Source of the DNA: Armatimonadota bacterium
GTDB taxonomy: Bacteria > Armatimonadota > UBA5829 > DTJY01
Direction of reading: 5' to 3'
NCBI GenBank assembly: GCA_023511795.1
Contig: JAIMAU010000006.1
Coordinates: 77,730-141,729 of the forward strand
Length of the DNA: 64,000 bases
Position 1 is the stretch's first letter. Every line of letters begins with the position of its first letter. The translations under genes and the position numbers were made by a program. Positions 30,473-40,930 of this stretch are shown here, piece by piece. Under the pieces are notes generated by a model, which worked only from the letters and a program-made list of their open reading frames with translations, made no database searches and was not told where the DNA came from.

Positions 30473-31081
30473 TCACTGAGGACCCCTGAAAACGGAAAAG
30501 GTGGGTACAAGTAGTGCTTTGCTAACAATTTCGGCAATTATAAGGCCCAACACAAAAGAAGCGCCTATTTTTGCACCTTGAACTCGACTGGCATATCGGT
30601 AGCCATGAAAGAGGATTACAATCGACCATATAGACAAGCCAACAATCACAAGAAGACTAATAAGAAGCAGAGGTGTCATCATCTCCTCTGGCCGAACCAC
30701 AACTTGGCCGCGCGCCAAAGTAACCGCTGCCAAAAAGACCTTTCTCACGGCAGGTTGAGCAATGACAAGCGCCGCAATTATATAGGGGAAGCGTGCTAAC
30801 CCTGCCGCCGCTAGATGTGCACCAATACCCCCATTTCCTCTAAAAATTTTTGACGCTAAAAAAAGGAAAACTCCAAGACTCAACCAGGCAATCAAAGATT
30901 CGGAAATCAGCAAGCCGGCTGGCGAAGTCCCTGCCGTTATGTGCATATCTAGCGCTCCATCGAGATGAACCTGCCCAAAAACTGCTACTACAGTTAAGGC
31001 AATTATGATGAGCAATCCTATTACAAATCCTTTGCCTTTACCCAAAATTGCAAGCGGATTGTAAAGAATTCTCCAATCCAT
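30473..31081 (-). CDS. Multi-pass membrane protein (Yip1-like)
   Basis: About five hydrophobic segments; GGAGG RBS before ATG 31081. Confidence 0.65.
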   Translation of the reverse strand: MDWRILYNPLAILGKGKGFVIGLLIIIALTVVAVFGQVHLDGALDMHITAGTSPAGLLISESLIAWLSLGVFLFLASKIFRGNGGIGAHLAAAGLARFPYIIAALVIAQPAVRKVFLAAVTLARGQVVVRPEEMMTPLLLISLLVIVGLSIWSIVILFHGYRYASRVQGAKIGASFVLGLIIAEIVSKALLVPTFSVFRGPQ

Positions 31082-31272
31082 TACAAACACCTCCTAGTCC
31101 AAAAGGTTACTATAGCGTTGTTCCCAATTGCTTTGCAACAAAAACCTAAATATAGCAAGCGGATAATAGTATATCATGCCACCAACTGTTCTTTAAAAAT
31201 GCTGAGCTTTGCTACACTTATTGACAAATTGAAAGCAAATGGCGTAGCTTAAATCCAGCAAATCCGCTCCAA

Positions 31273-31800
31273 GTGGACGAAAGAGACGTGCGAATGAGAA
31301 AATATCTTCCTGCTACCGTGGACTTAATTGTTTACAAGGTTACAGGCGCTCTCATTGCCTTTGTGATATTGATGCTTGCACTTGCAGGCGGACTGACTAT
31401 GCTGCGAATGCCCGTCGTAATAATCATGTACAGTTTGGCAGGCGCAATAGCTATAATTCTCGGCATCGGCTGGCTGATAAGGCCATCACGATATGAGGTA
31501 GGCAACTATAAGATTATAATTGCAAGGACTTGGCCATTTCCGCCAATTACAATCCGTTTATCTGATATCAAAGATGTCCGCCATTTAACTCTAGAATCGC
31601 TCAAGCCCGCCTCGCTTGCACTTCCATGGATTTTTGGCTACTCAGGCCGCTTTAAAAGTAACGAACTTGGCGACTTATTTATTTCGGCAACGGGAATTAA
31701 AGAGGTTGTCCTTGTAGAAACAAATGACGGGAAATTTATCCTAAGCCCATCGAACCCAAGGCGCTTTGTGAAGCACATGCATGACGCAATAGGCAGGTAA
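31273..31800 (+). CDS. Membrane-anchored bacterial PH-domain protein
   Basis: Two TM segments then FGYSGRF and FILSPSNPRRF, typical of bPH domains; start could be ATG 31294. Confidence 0.7.
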   Translation: MDERDVRMRKYLPATVDLIVYKVTGALIAFVILMLALAGGLTMLRMPVVIIMYSLAGAIAIILGIGWLIRPSRYEVGNYKIIIARTWPFPPITIRLSDIKDVRHLTLESLKPASLALPWIFGYSGRFKSNELGDLFISATGIKEVVLVETNDGKFILSPSNPRRFVKHMHDAIGR

Positions 31801-31914
31801 CTGAACCAACCTCATTGTCAGCCTTCCAGCTAAATACTTTCAAGATAAGGCATTAGCACATAATTACAACTTTTTAATGATGCTCCACCTATTAAACATA
31901 TGGAAAAAGCCAGA

Positions 31915-34900
31915 TTAAACCTGCACTTCGACTCCTTCTTTGCTTTCAACTTCTGAAGGAACAACCGCCAATCGCCCGAGTAGTCTACGCTTTCTATCCT
32001 GCCATCCAGCCATCAAGTCATCGAAGACGGAATAGAGCGTTGGAACTACTACAAGCGTAAGTAATGTGGATACAATCAACCCCCCAATAACCGCAATTGC
32101 CATGGGTGCACGGAACTCAGATCCGCGCCCAAGCTTTAGGGCAGTCGGCAACATACCAAATATCATGGCAAAAGTTGTCATTAGAATGGGCCTCAACCTT
32201 GTTGGACCAGCCTCGAGAATTGCCTCATTTCGTTCCTTGCCCCTACTTCTGAGGGTATTGGTATAGTCAATTAGCAGGATTGCGTTCTTTGTCACCAAAC
32301 CCATGAGCATGATAATACCAATCATGGAAACAATGCTCATAGTCTCGCCCGTAATCACAAGAGCAAGTATTGCTCCAATCAGCGCCATTGGTATGCTAAA
32401 CATTATGATGAATGGATTCAGAAGGGATTCGAACAGAGCAGCCATAAGCATGTAGACGAGTAGAATTGCGAGGATTAGCGCACTGCGCATATGCCCGAAG
32501 CTTTCCCCCATCATCTCCACTTGGCCACCCCAGCGATAACGCACATTCCCCATGTCAATCGCTTTTAGATTATTATCAATCGCCCTCCTCACCCCTTGGA
32601 GGGCATATCCCGGCATTAGGTCAGCTGTGACAGATATTTTTCGCTGACGATTCTTCCGCTCAATCATAGTCGGTCCGGTAGTTTTCACAATATTAGCGAC
32701 ATCTTGAAGAAAAATTGGCCTACCATTCACCGAACCTACAACTGTGCGGCCAACATCAGACAGACTATAACGATCGTATTCGTTCAACCGAACTCGAATA
32801 TCATATTCCTTTCCTTCTTGCCGAAATTTGGTATCAGTATTGCCCGCTATTGACATGCGCAAAGCTGAGGCAATCTGCCCTACTGTCAGCCCCATATTTG
32901 CCGCTTTCAAGCGATCAATGTTTGCCTTTAACTCTGGTTTGCCAACCTTCCATGAGAGGTCTGCGTTCATTACGCCTGGGGTACCAGCCACGATATTTTT
33001 CACTTTTTCAGCAATCTGGTTTCGTTCGGCATCCGTTCCACCTGTAAGTTCAATATCAATTGGCATCTGGCCGCCACCCATGCTAGCTTGGGCTTTCACT
33101 TTGATAATTGCACCCGGGATATCTCCTATTTGCCGCCCAAGGTCCCTAGCTATTTCAGAATCCAAACGAACTCGCTTGCGTTTATCTTTCGGAGTGAAGG
33201 GCCGCAAAATTCGGTCAAATGTGCTTTCCTTCTCCTTGAGGGCAATTGTTACTTCCGCAAAGTTCGGGCCAGTCGAACCTGCTTGAATTCTGCCACCCCC
33301 GCTAGTACCGACCTTGGTGAAGATATCCTTCGCCTCGGGGATCTTGGCTGCAATATCCTCAACATGAGCTGCCACAGCATCCGTGGCGGCTAGGGAAGTA
33401 CCTGCAGGCATTTCAATGCTGACGCCAACTGCACCCTGGTCAATTTCTGGGAAAAAGTTGGTACCAAGGAATGCGCCCGCCACCAAAAAAACAAAGAGCA
33501 GAGAACCAAACCCAATGGTAATAACTTGCCATCTATGTCCTAGTGCCCAAGATAAGACATTTCTGTAACGTCTATCCAGGGAGTGATAAAATTCATCGAA
33601 CTTGGCAAACAATCCCGTCTTCGCTTCCACTGCCTCATCCTTGCGGTACCATCTCGAAGCAAGCATGGGCGTGAGCGTAAACGAAACTAGGAGCGAAAAG
33701 AGAGTCGCTGATGCAACAGTTATGCCGAACTCCCTAAAAAACATGCCGACGATTCCACCCATAAAAGCAATGGGCACGAAAACAACGACATCAACCAGCG
33801 TTATCGTAATAGCCGCCAGACCAATTTCGGTTCGTCCATTTAACGCTGCCTCTGGTGGCGACTCTCCCTTGGACAAGTGGCGGTAGATGTTTTCGAGAAC
33901 AACAATCGAGTCGTCAACCAAGATGCCCACTGCCAAAGACAAACCCATCATAACCATCATATTCAGGGTAAAGCCGGCAAAGGATATCGGGATGAATGTG
34001 GCTATAATTGACGTTGGGATGGCGATGGCAACAATGAATGTGCCTCTGATGTTATGCAGAAAGAGAAAAACAATTAAAACCGCAAGGAATGCGCCGAGAA
34101 AGAGGCTCACATTAACATCCGAAAGCGCTTCGCGTACGCGCTCTGACTGGTCAAGCACGATTGCAATCTCGACATCTTTAGGAAGGATGGCTTTCAAAGC
34201 ATTGAGCTCTTCCTTTGCGGCATCAACTACTTCAACAGTGTTGGCATCCGACTGCTTAATGATTTCAATGCCGATGCTTTCCTTTTTTTGGAGGCGAGTA
34301 AGCTGTTCGCGCTCTGCTGTCGTGTCCTTAACCTCTGCTATATCGCTTAAAGTCAGCACTCGCATGTTGTTCTTTGGTCCAGGGAAGCTCAATTTCAGAT
34401 TGCGAATATCATCTACGCTTTCAAACTCACCCACAGCTCTAATTGCATAGTCGCGCCTTCCTTCTGTTATCCGTCCACTAGGGAGGTTAAGGTTGGCTAC
34501 TGCAATTGCTTGCGCAATTTGATTTATCGAGAGTCCGTATGCTTCGAGACGGCTTTTATCAACATTTACCTGTATTTCACGAATATCGCCGCCGGTAATG
34601 TTAACAGATGCCACACCCTTTAGCTTGCCAAGCTGGTCTTTGATTACATCGTCTGCGATCTCCCTTAGCTCCTTTGCAGGCCGCCTGCTCGACATGCCGA
34701 GCGTCAATACGGGAATAGCACCAACGTCAACCTTTTGAATTACCGGCGCTTCAACATCACTAGGTAGCTTGTCCCTTGCCGCATCAACTTTGGCGCGAAC
34801 GTCAGCCATTGCTACGTCAACATCGGTTTCCAATTCTAGCTCAATGCCAATAATCGAGATGCCTTCTTGAGAATAGGACACCAAATTCTTCATACCATTG

Positions 34901-35121
34901 ACAGCACCTACGGCGTCCTCAATTGGCTTGCTTACAAGGGTCTCTATCTCCTCTGGACCTGCCCCGGGGTATACAGTCATTATGGTTATAAAAGGAAACT
35001 GTATCTTGGGGTATAAGTCGGTGGGCATTCGCGATCTGGACTTAATGCCCAACACAGCAATTGCTGAGAACAGCATCAATATGACAATTGGGCGTTTGAT
35101 TGATAGGTTAGTCAACCACAT
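31915..35121 (-). CDS. RND efflux permease (AcrB/SwrC-like)
   Basis: SIKRPI, GILVDDSIVVLENI, KNAILLID and RLRPILMTT; 1068 aa. Confidence 0.96.
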   Translation of the reverse strand: MWLTNLSIKRPIVILMLFSAIAVLGIKSRSRMPTDLYPKIQFPFITIMTVYPGAGPEEIETLVSKPIEDAVGAVNGMKNLVSYSQEGISIIGIELELETDVDVAMADVRAKVDAARDKLPSDVEAPVIQKVDVGAIPVLTLGMSSRRPAKELREIADDVIKDQLGKLKGVASVNITGGDIREIQVNVDKSRLEAYGLSINQIAQAIAVANLNLPSGRITEGRRDYAIRAVGEFESVDDIRNLKLSFPGPKNNMRVLTLSDIAEVKDTTAEREQLTRLQKKESIGIEIIKQSDANTVEVVDAAKEELNALKAILPKDVEIAIVLDQSERVREALSDVNVSLFLGAFLAVLIVFLFLHNIRGTFIVAIAIPTSIIATFIPISFAGFTLNMMVMMGLSLAVGILVDDSIVVLENIYRHLSKGESPPEAALNGRTEIGLAAITITLVDVVVFVPIAFMGGIVGMFFREFGITVASATLFSLLVSFTLTPMLASRWYRKDEAVEAKTGLFAKFDEFYHSLDRRYRNVLSWALGHRWQVITIGFGSLLFVFLVAGAFLGTNFFPEIDQGAVGVSIEMPAGTSLAATDAVAAHVEDIAAKIPEAKDIFTKVGTSGGGRIQAGSTGPNFAEVTIALKEKESTFDRILRPFTPKDKRKRVRLDSEIARDLGRQIGDIPGAIIKVKAQASMGGGQMPIDIELTGGTDAERNQIAEKVKNIVAGTPGVMNADLSWKVGKPELKANIDRLKAANMGLTVGQIASALRMSIAGNTDTKFRQEGKEYDIRVRLNEYDRYSLSDVGRTVVGSVNGRPIFLQDVANIVKTTGPTMIERKNRQRKISVTADLMPGYALQGVRRAIDNNLKAIDMGNVRYRWGGQVEMMGESFGHMRSALILAILLVYMLMAALFESLLNPFIIMFSIPMALIGAILALVITGETMSIVSMIGIIMLMGLVTKNAILLIDYTNTLRSRGKERNEAILEAGPTRLRPILMTTFAMIFGMLPTALKLGRGSEFRAPMAIAVIGGLIVSTLLTLVVVPTLYSVFDDLMAGWQDRKRRLLGRLAVVPSEVESKEGVEVQV

Positions 35122-36553
35122 GAACTTTCACTCCATCGGAAAGCTTATCTTGGCCGCTCACGACTACTTGGTCGCCGGCCTTGATTCCATCTAAAATTTC
35201 TGCTTCGTCCCGAGTCATGAACCCCACTCGGACTTTGCGCAGGTGGGCAACCGAATCGATGATTTGGTAGATGGCATAGCCGCCACCATCTATCATCAAT
35301 GCATCCTTAGGTATAATCACCGTATTGCTATGGCGGGCAACGCGTATGTTGCCCCTAGCAAACATGCCGGGCTTTATCTCATTATGTGGATTAGGCACTG
35401 AAATCCACACCCTAAGCTGCCTCGTGCTGGTATCCGCTGTTGGCAATACTTTCAAAACACTGCCCGTAAATTTGCGGTTTGGAAAAGCATCTACTTGGAC
35501 CTCTACGGGCTGGCCTGATTTGATCTTCTGAATATCAACTTCCGATACGGCGGCGTCGAAATAGACTGTATTCAACGCTACAATCTCGATTAGTGGCACG
35601 CCAGGCGTCGCCATCTGCCCAGGCTCAGTCATACGCTTTGATACTATTCCAGAAATGGGGGTGCGAATATAAGCGTTCTCCAGCTGTTGTTTCGCATAAG
35701 CCAAGTTTGCTTCAGCTTGGGCAACACCTGCTCTCGCAGATTTAATATCCTCAAGCCTTAATTCCTTTTGGCTGCGGTTTGCCAGAGCTATCCGAAGAGC
35801 CTCTTCGGCTTGTTCGACTTGCTTCTGCGCTGCCTCGATTTCCTCTTCACGTGCTCCTGCTTTCACCAAGCTTAATTGTTGTTTTGCGCTTTCATACTGG
35901 GCTAATGCGACATCGTATTGCGTTTGCGCCTGGTCCATCTGAAGCGGCGAGATGGCACCTTGGGCAAAGAGATTTCTCATTCGCTCTAGATTCGACTTCG
36001 CATTGTCATAGTTGGCTTTCGCGGAAGCGACAGCGTTCTCTGCTTGGGCGATTTCCTGGCTTCTAGCGCCCTTCTTAAGCATTTGCAGGCGGGCTTTTGC
36101 TGCTTCTAGCGCAGCTTTTGCTGATACAATCTGCGCTTCAGTCTGCGTATCTGAAACACTTTTTGTAGTAATCGCCTGAGAAAGTCGAGCTCTGGCTGCT
36201 TGAAGAGCTGCTTCGGCTTGCTGAACTTGCGCTCTCAGGTCGGACGTATCCTGCTGAACTACAACAGCGCCCGCGCTAACCCCATCACCCTCCCGGTAGG
36301 GTACTGAGACTACGCGGAGCGGCGCCTTAGCTGATAATGTGACGGTCTTGAGCGCCTTAATATCGCCCGATACCTCGATTAACGAATCCATAGTCCCAAT
36401 TTGCGCAAATGCAGTTTTTACTGAAACATTCACGTCTGATTGGCCAACTGGCTTACTTGTCTTCCGTCCAATCTGTCTTGATACAAATACTCCGAACAGA
36501 ACAACTATGATTAGTAAAATATAAATAGTGACCTTTAATTTACCTCTTGCCAT
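35108..36553 (-). CDS. RND periplasmic adaptor (membrane fusion protein) with long coiled coil
   Basis: N-terminal anchor, lipoyl halves (REGDGV; IRTPISGIV), IKPGMFA. Confidence 0.93.
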   Translation of the reverse strand: MARGKLKVTIYILLIIVVLFGVFVSRQIGRKTSKPVGQSDVNVSVKTAFAQIGTMDSLIEVSGDIKALKTVTLSAKAPLRVVSVPYREGDGVSAGAVVVQQDTSDLRAQVQQAEAALQAARARLSQAITTKSVSDTQTEAQIVSAKAALEAAKARLQMLKKGARSQEIAQAENAVASAKANYDNAKSNLERMRNLFAQGAISPLQMDQAQTQYDVALAQYESAKQQLSLVKAGAREEEIEAAQKQVEQAEEALRIALANRSQKELRLEDIKSARAGVAQAEANLAYAKQQLENAYIRTPISGIVSKRMTEPGQMATPGVPLIEIVALNTVYFDAAVSEVDIQKIKSGQPVEVQVDAFPNRKFTGSVLKVLPTADTSTRQLRVWISVPNPHNEIKPGMFARGNIRVARHSNTVIIPKDALMIDGGGYAIYQIIDSVAHLRKVRVGFMTRDEAEILDGIKAGDQVVVSGQDKLSDGVKVHVVD

Positions 36554-37220
36554 TTTTCCCCTCGAAAATTTTATCGTTCAGGCCAGTATTGACCCGGTAA
36601 TTTGAGAAACTCATATATATCACCGCCGGCTTCTGCGTTGCAGGCTTCTTCCCTGCCTGAGAACCTGGAATCGGTGGGATGATTATAGTAGCGTAAGATC
36701 GTGAGGGTAACCAAATTTTATCGGCTACCTTTGTGTACTGAAGCTGCATTCTTGTGGATGGACCCCAATCAGGATTTGAGTTTATTCGAAGTATTAACCA
36801 TCGCCGATTATCTATCCACAGAGTAGTATCTACACTGCGCCCTTCGCGCTCATAGGATGCTTTGACAACATGACAACGACAACCGTCAACGAACTCAGTT
36901 CCGACAAGCGAGAGTTTAGATGCCGCCATTATCTCTCGCACTGGATTGCCAACTAATAGCCCCTGCTTCGGAATAATGGCAAATCCTTCCTTGCTTTCGA
37001 CATAAAGCTTGTTTGGTTTCTTAAAATAGATTTTCACCGCCGTCTCAGGTACATGGATGGTGGACGATTCAACCTTTATCTTTGCTTCAACAACATAGTC
37101 TCGAACGGCGTCGTAGTTCGCAGCGGCCTTCTCTAGAATCTGCTTTGCAGTTAGAGTCCCTGCAACTGTTTGTACACAACCTAAAATATAAATTAGTAAC
37201 GCCGCACATACTATTGCCAT
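36540..37220 (-). CDS. LolA-like outer membrane lipoprotein carrier/sorting protein
   Basis: YFKKPNK, LWIDNRRW and YRVNTGLNDKIF; signal peptide. Confidence 0.75.
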   Translation of the reverse strand: MAIVCAALLIYILGCVQTVAGTLTAKQILEKAAANYDAVRDYVVEAKIKVESSTIHVPETAVKIYFKKPNKLYVESKEGFAIIPKQGLLVGNPVREIMAASKLSLVGTEFVDGCRCHVVKASYEREGRSVDTTLWIDNRRWLILRINSNPDWGPSTRMQLQYTKVADKIWLPSRSYATIIIPPIPGSQAGKKPATQKPAVIYMSFSNYRVNTGLNDKIFEGKNGKR

Positions 37221-37245
37221 CAGAGCTCGTTTTCCCTTCCACTAT

Positions 37246-38073
37246 CTATGAAAGCACATCTCTTCTTTGGAAAACTACCAGTCCAATGATAAACGCAACG
37301 GCTGAGTAGATAAGCAATACACCCAATGATTCCCAAATAATCCCGGTATTTACTGGCTCAACAAAGAGTCCCTTCCATGAATTGAAATAACTTGTTAGCA
37401 AATAAGGCTTGAGGAACTTAAAATACTCAATTTCCTGCAAGATTGCGGACATATAAAGCAAACCCATTCCACCAATAATAGCAACGTTGGCATTGCTTAA
37501 AAATGTCGAAATTGCAAACGACACACTTCCTACAGCAAGCATTGCCACTGCAACTATGCCATATGTTGCTAAAAGCCTCAAGATTGCGCTCCATTCGGGG
37601 AAGACCCATATGCCATCATTGAATACTACCAAACTTCCCTTGCCTAGGAACGCCCAACCAACTATATATGCCACGACACCAGAAAACATTGCCAGCACAA
37701 ATATATAGGACGCCCCGACCACATGTTTTGAGACAGCCCAACCCACTTTGCTGACTGGACGACACAATACCGTTCTCAAAGTTCCATCTGACGCCTCCGA
37801 GGCAATTAAATCTCCACAAACTAGACATGCAAATAGGGGCAAGAAAGTATAGACCACACCCTCAAGCAAATATCGTGTCAGAAACGCGGCATTGATAAAT
37901 GAACCCGCTATGATAAAATCTTGGCTGATGCGATCGCGCATATGGCGGAAAGGATCGCCATATTTGATGGCAATCAGCATCAGAATTATCATTAACGTCA
38001 TGCTTATAAAACCAAAGTAAGTTCTGGGCTTACGCCACAGTTTTAGAAGCTCCATCTGGATACTAGTTATCAT
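37246..38073 (-). CDS. ABC-2-type transporter permease
   Basis: ELLKLWRK, IASEASDGTLRTVLCRPVSK and FQRRDV. Confidence 0.9.
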   Translation of the reverse strand: MITSIQMELLKLWRKPRTYFGFISMTLMIILMLIAIKYGDPFRHMRDRISQDFIIAGSFINAAFLTRYLLEGVVYTFLPLFACLVCGDLIASEASDGTLRTVLCRPVSKVGWAVSKHVVGASYIFVLAMFSGVVAYIVGWAFLGKGSLVVFNDGIWVFPEWSAILRLLATYGIVAVAMLAVGSVSFAISTFLSNANVAIIGGMGLLYMSAILQEIEYFKFLKPYLLTSYFNSWKGLFVEPVNTGIIWESLGVLLIYSAVAFIIGLVVFQRRDVLS

Positions 38074-38986
38074 GCCTACTATCCTGAATGACGTCGAGGA
38101 AAAGATCCTCTAGGTTCATTTTCTTTGGAATTATCGAGAAAACCTCAATCCCAGCCGTCACTAATGCCCGGTTGAGTTCCGGTACAATCTTTTGGCGCAC
38201 CCTTACAACCAAACAATCTTGGCCGCACGAGACAACATCAACCTCGCCATTTCTTGTCGCTATCTCTGAAGCTCGCTTTACATCATTCACCTTAAACTCA
38301 ACCAGGTTCATTTCTTGTTGAAGAAGTTTATCAACATCGCCCTCGGCAATGAGGCGGCCATTGTTTATAATCCCAACCCTCGTGCATATTTGCTCTACTT
38401 CGTAAAGGAGATGGCTTGACAAGAATATGGTAACCTTCTCTTCCCTGGCAAGGTGCTTGATAAGCTCTCGCACCTCCTTCATTCCCTGCGGGTCCAACCC
38501 CGACGTTGGTTCATCAAGGATAACAAGCTTCGGCTTTGGAAGCAGTGCCTGAGCAATCCCCAGCCGTTGGCACATCCCATGTGAGAATGTTTTAACTTTG
38601 TCATTTGCATGGTCAAGCAAGCCAACGACATCCAGTACTTCGTCTATTCGCCTGTCATTACATGCACCGGAGAGCCTACTCAGTAGTCTAAGGTTCTGCC
38701 TAGCTGTTAAAAATTTATAAAAACAGGGCGATTCAACCAAAGCCCCGACATACTTCAAAGCCTTTACACGGTCTTTCATAATATCATGGCCCAAGAGCCT
38801 TGCTACACCACGATTTGGCCGGATTAAGCCAACCAACATACGTATCGTGGTGCTCTTCCCGGCACCGTTCGGTCCGAGGAAACCATAAATATCTCCCTCC
38901 GCAACCTGCAGGCTTAGATTATCTACCGCACGTCGGCCTCGAAAGTTTTTTGTAAGTTCAATTGTCTCTACAATTTGATGTCGCAT
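38063..38986 (-). CDS. ABC transporter ATP-binding protein (BcrA-like)
   Basis: GPNGAGKST, FSHGMCQR, ILDEPT and LSSHLL. Confidence 0.95.
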   Translation of the reverse strand: MRHQIVETIELTKNFRGRRAVDNLSLQVAEGDIYGFLGPNGAGKSTTIRMLVGLIRPNRGVARLLGHDIMKDRVKALKYVGALVESPCFYKFLTARQNLRLLSRLSGACNDRRIDEVLDVVGLLDHANDKVKTFSHGMCQRLGIAQALLPKPKLVILDEPTSGLDPQGMKEVRELIKHLAREEKVTIFLSSHLLYEVEQICTRVGIINNGRLIAEGDVDKLLQQEMNLVEFKVNDVKRASEIATRNGEVDVVSCGQDCLVVRVRQKIVPELNRALVTAGIEVFSIIPKKMNLEDLFLDVIQDSRHDN

Positions 38987-39006
38987 ATGCTGCGTTGCTG
39001 AGTACG

Positions 39007-40362
39007 CTAATTTTTAGACTTTTCTTCAAGTAGCTTAGCCATCTGTAATGGCCCGCCAACAGCTCGCTCAAGTTGGGCAAGTGCAATTTGGTAGTCGTAG
39101 ATTGCATTTACATAATTTGTTTGCGCAAGAGTTAAGGCCGCCTGAGCATCGAATACCTCAACTTGGGTGGATACTCCTCCTTGATAGCGCACTTGTGCAA
39201 GGCGCATGCTCTCGCTTGCTTGCTCTAAGGCCTTTTCGGCAGCCTTAATTCGCTCCTGACTCTCCCTAAGACTGAGATATGCTTGCTGAACATCGAGCGT
39301 TACTCCACGCATTGTTTGCTCACGCATCGATTTTGCACTCTTTGCATCGGATGTGGCTTTCCTGACAGAAGCTTTGGTAGCACCCCCATCAAAAATATAA
39401 TAGCTTGCCGTAAGAAAAGCCCTCCATGATGATTCACGGGGACTAAAGGTGCTGACATCAAAGCTTCGGTTGTATGCCCACCGCAAGTTAATCCTCGGCT
39501 TGCCAGCGAGCACAGCTACCCTTGCTACTTCCTCGGCTGCCTTGACCTGCATCTCAGCTTTTTTGATCTCCGGACGCATGCTTAGCGCAACATCCACGCA
39601 AGCTTTTAAATTGACCTCAGCAAACTGAGGTCTTTCCGGCTCAGCCAGGTCTACTTGCGCATCAAGAGGTCTGGCTAGCACGTTATTGAAAGCCGACTTC
39701 GCAAGCTCAAGTCCATTTTGGGCGATGATTAGCTGTTGCCTCGCATTTGCCACCTGCGTTTCCGCTCGAAGCACTTCGAACTGTGCCACAGTTCCAGCGG
39801 CAAGGTGAGCCTTCGCATCCATCAGATGAGCTTCTAGAGCCCTGACATTTTCCTCCTGAACTTTGAGGAATTGCTCTGCCCGAAGCACATTAAAAAAGGC
39901 TTTTTTTGTTTCAAATGTAATATCGTTTATGACTTGTTCATACTCTGATTTGGAAGCCGAAGTATTATATTTGGCAGTCTTCTTACCTGCTCGAACGATC
40001 CCAAAAACATCCAGAGGTTGAGTAAGTATCAAATCAGCCGTGCGGGTATATAGTGAGCCTAATGGAATTTCCCTTTCGCCGAATCTTACGACAGAAACCT
40101 CATCAAGTCTTTGGTAAGTGCCCTCCAAGCTGAGCTTCGGCATTCCCTGACTTGTAGCCTCATCAACAGCTGCGTACGCCTTATTTACATTCTCTAGGGC
40201 AATGTGCGCTCGAGGATTGTTTTGCACCGCCAATTTTATGCTCTCTTCAAGCGTAAGCTTTTCTGCAAAGACGGTTGACCAAAGACTTAGCTGGAAAAAG
40301 ACCAATGCGATAATGATAGGCGAACGAATGAATCCGCATCTTTTTACTAACCGGTCAATCAT
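39007..40362 (-). CDS. TolC-family outer membrane protein
   Basis: Two OEP repeats; IFDGG, YQGGVST and LAQLERAVG. Confidence 0.92.
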   Translation of the reverse strand: MIDRLVKRCGFIRSPIIIALVFFQLSLWSTVFAEKLTLEESIKLAVQNNPRAHIALENVNKAYAAVDEATSQGMPKLSLEGTYQRLDEVSVVRFGEREIPLGSLYTRTADLILTQPLDVFGIVRAGKKTAKYNTSASKSEYEQVINDITFETKKAFFNVLRAEQFLKVQEENVRALEAHLMDAKAHLAAGTVAQFEVLRAETQVANARQQLIIAQNGLELAKSAFNNVLARPLDAQVDLAEPERPQFAEVNLKACVDVALSMRPEIKKAEMQVKAAEEVARVAVLAGKPRINLRWAYNRSFDVSTFSPRESSWRAFLTASYYIFDGGATKASVRKATSDAKSAKSMREQTMRGVTLDVQQAYLSLRESQERIKAAEKALEQASESMRLAQVRYQGGVSTQVEVFDAQAALTLAQTNYVNAIYDYQIALAQLERAVGGPLQMAKLLEEKSKN

Positions 40363-40395
40363 TGTTGTTGCCCCCGCTTTATATGTTGTCCAATG

Positions 40396-40656
40396 CTATG
40401 AATGCTCCGTGCATTCGTTTGCCTCATTTGACTCGGCCAAGCTAAGACTCCTTGTTAGGTGATGTAAAAATTCGCGCATAGAGTCAAGCTTTAGCAAAAA
40501 CAAGCCACCCTTAGTAGGATGGCTCATTATGAATAACTTATCGCCGGTATGAATGCCAAGCTTCTTTCTCGCTTCCGCAGGGATTACTACTTGGCCGCGC
40601 TCGCCCACCGTAACCGTCCCAACAAAGCATTCCTCTAATGCACACTCAGGCATCAT
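40396..40656 (-). CDS. AbrB/MazE/SpoVT-family DNA-binding protein
   Basis: TVGERGQVVIPAEARKKLGIHTGD; GAGGTG RBS supports ATG 40656. Confidence 0.9.
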   Translation of the reverse strand: MMPECALEECFVGTVTVGERGQVVIPAEARKKLGIHTGDKLFIMSHPTKGGLFLLKLDSMREFLHHLTRSLSLAESNEANECTEHS

Positions 40657-40717
40657 TAGTATGTTCACCTCTTATCCGCAGCAATGGAAATGTCTGATAA
40701 ATCAGACGTTGGTTACA

Positions 40718-40746
40718 ATGTTAGAACATTCTCCAAACCCTGTCAA
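40718..40746 (-). promoter_or_regulatory. Sigma70 promoter of the efflux operon
   Basis: Minus-strand TTGACA (40746-40741), N17, TAACAT (40723-40718). Confidence 0.6.
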
Positions 40747-40930
40747 GCATTTCCTTTAGCATGGCCGCCTCTGCTGTTCTTTAACTCTTTCACCCATTCA
40801 AGCCGATTGCGAAAGCATTCCCACCTGTGATATAATTAGACACAGTTATTTTAAACTAGGTTAGTAGGCCAAAGTTTTTGGTTGCGCGACAAGATAAAAC
40901 ATCAGAAGATACCGGGAGGTCTTTCGGGAC

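Noticed and set aside
40396-40656. Toxin-antitoxin pair
   Set aside because: The AbrB-like gene is followed by tolC, not by a PIN or MazF toxin
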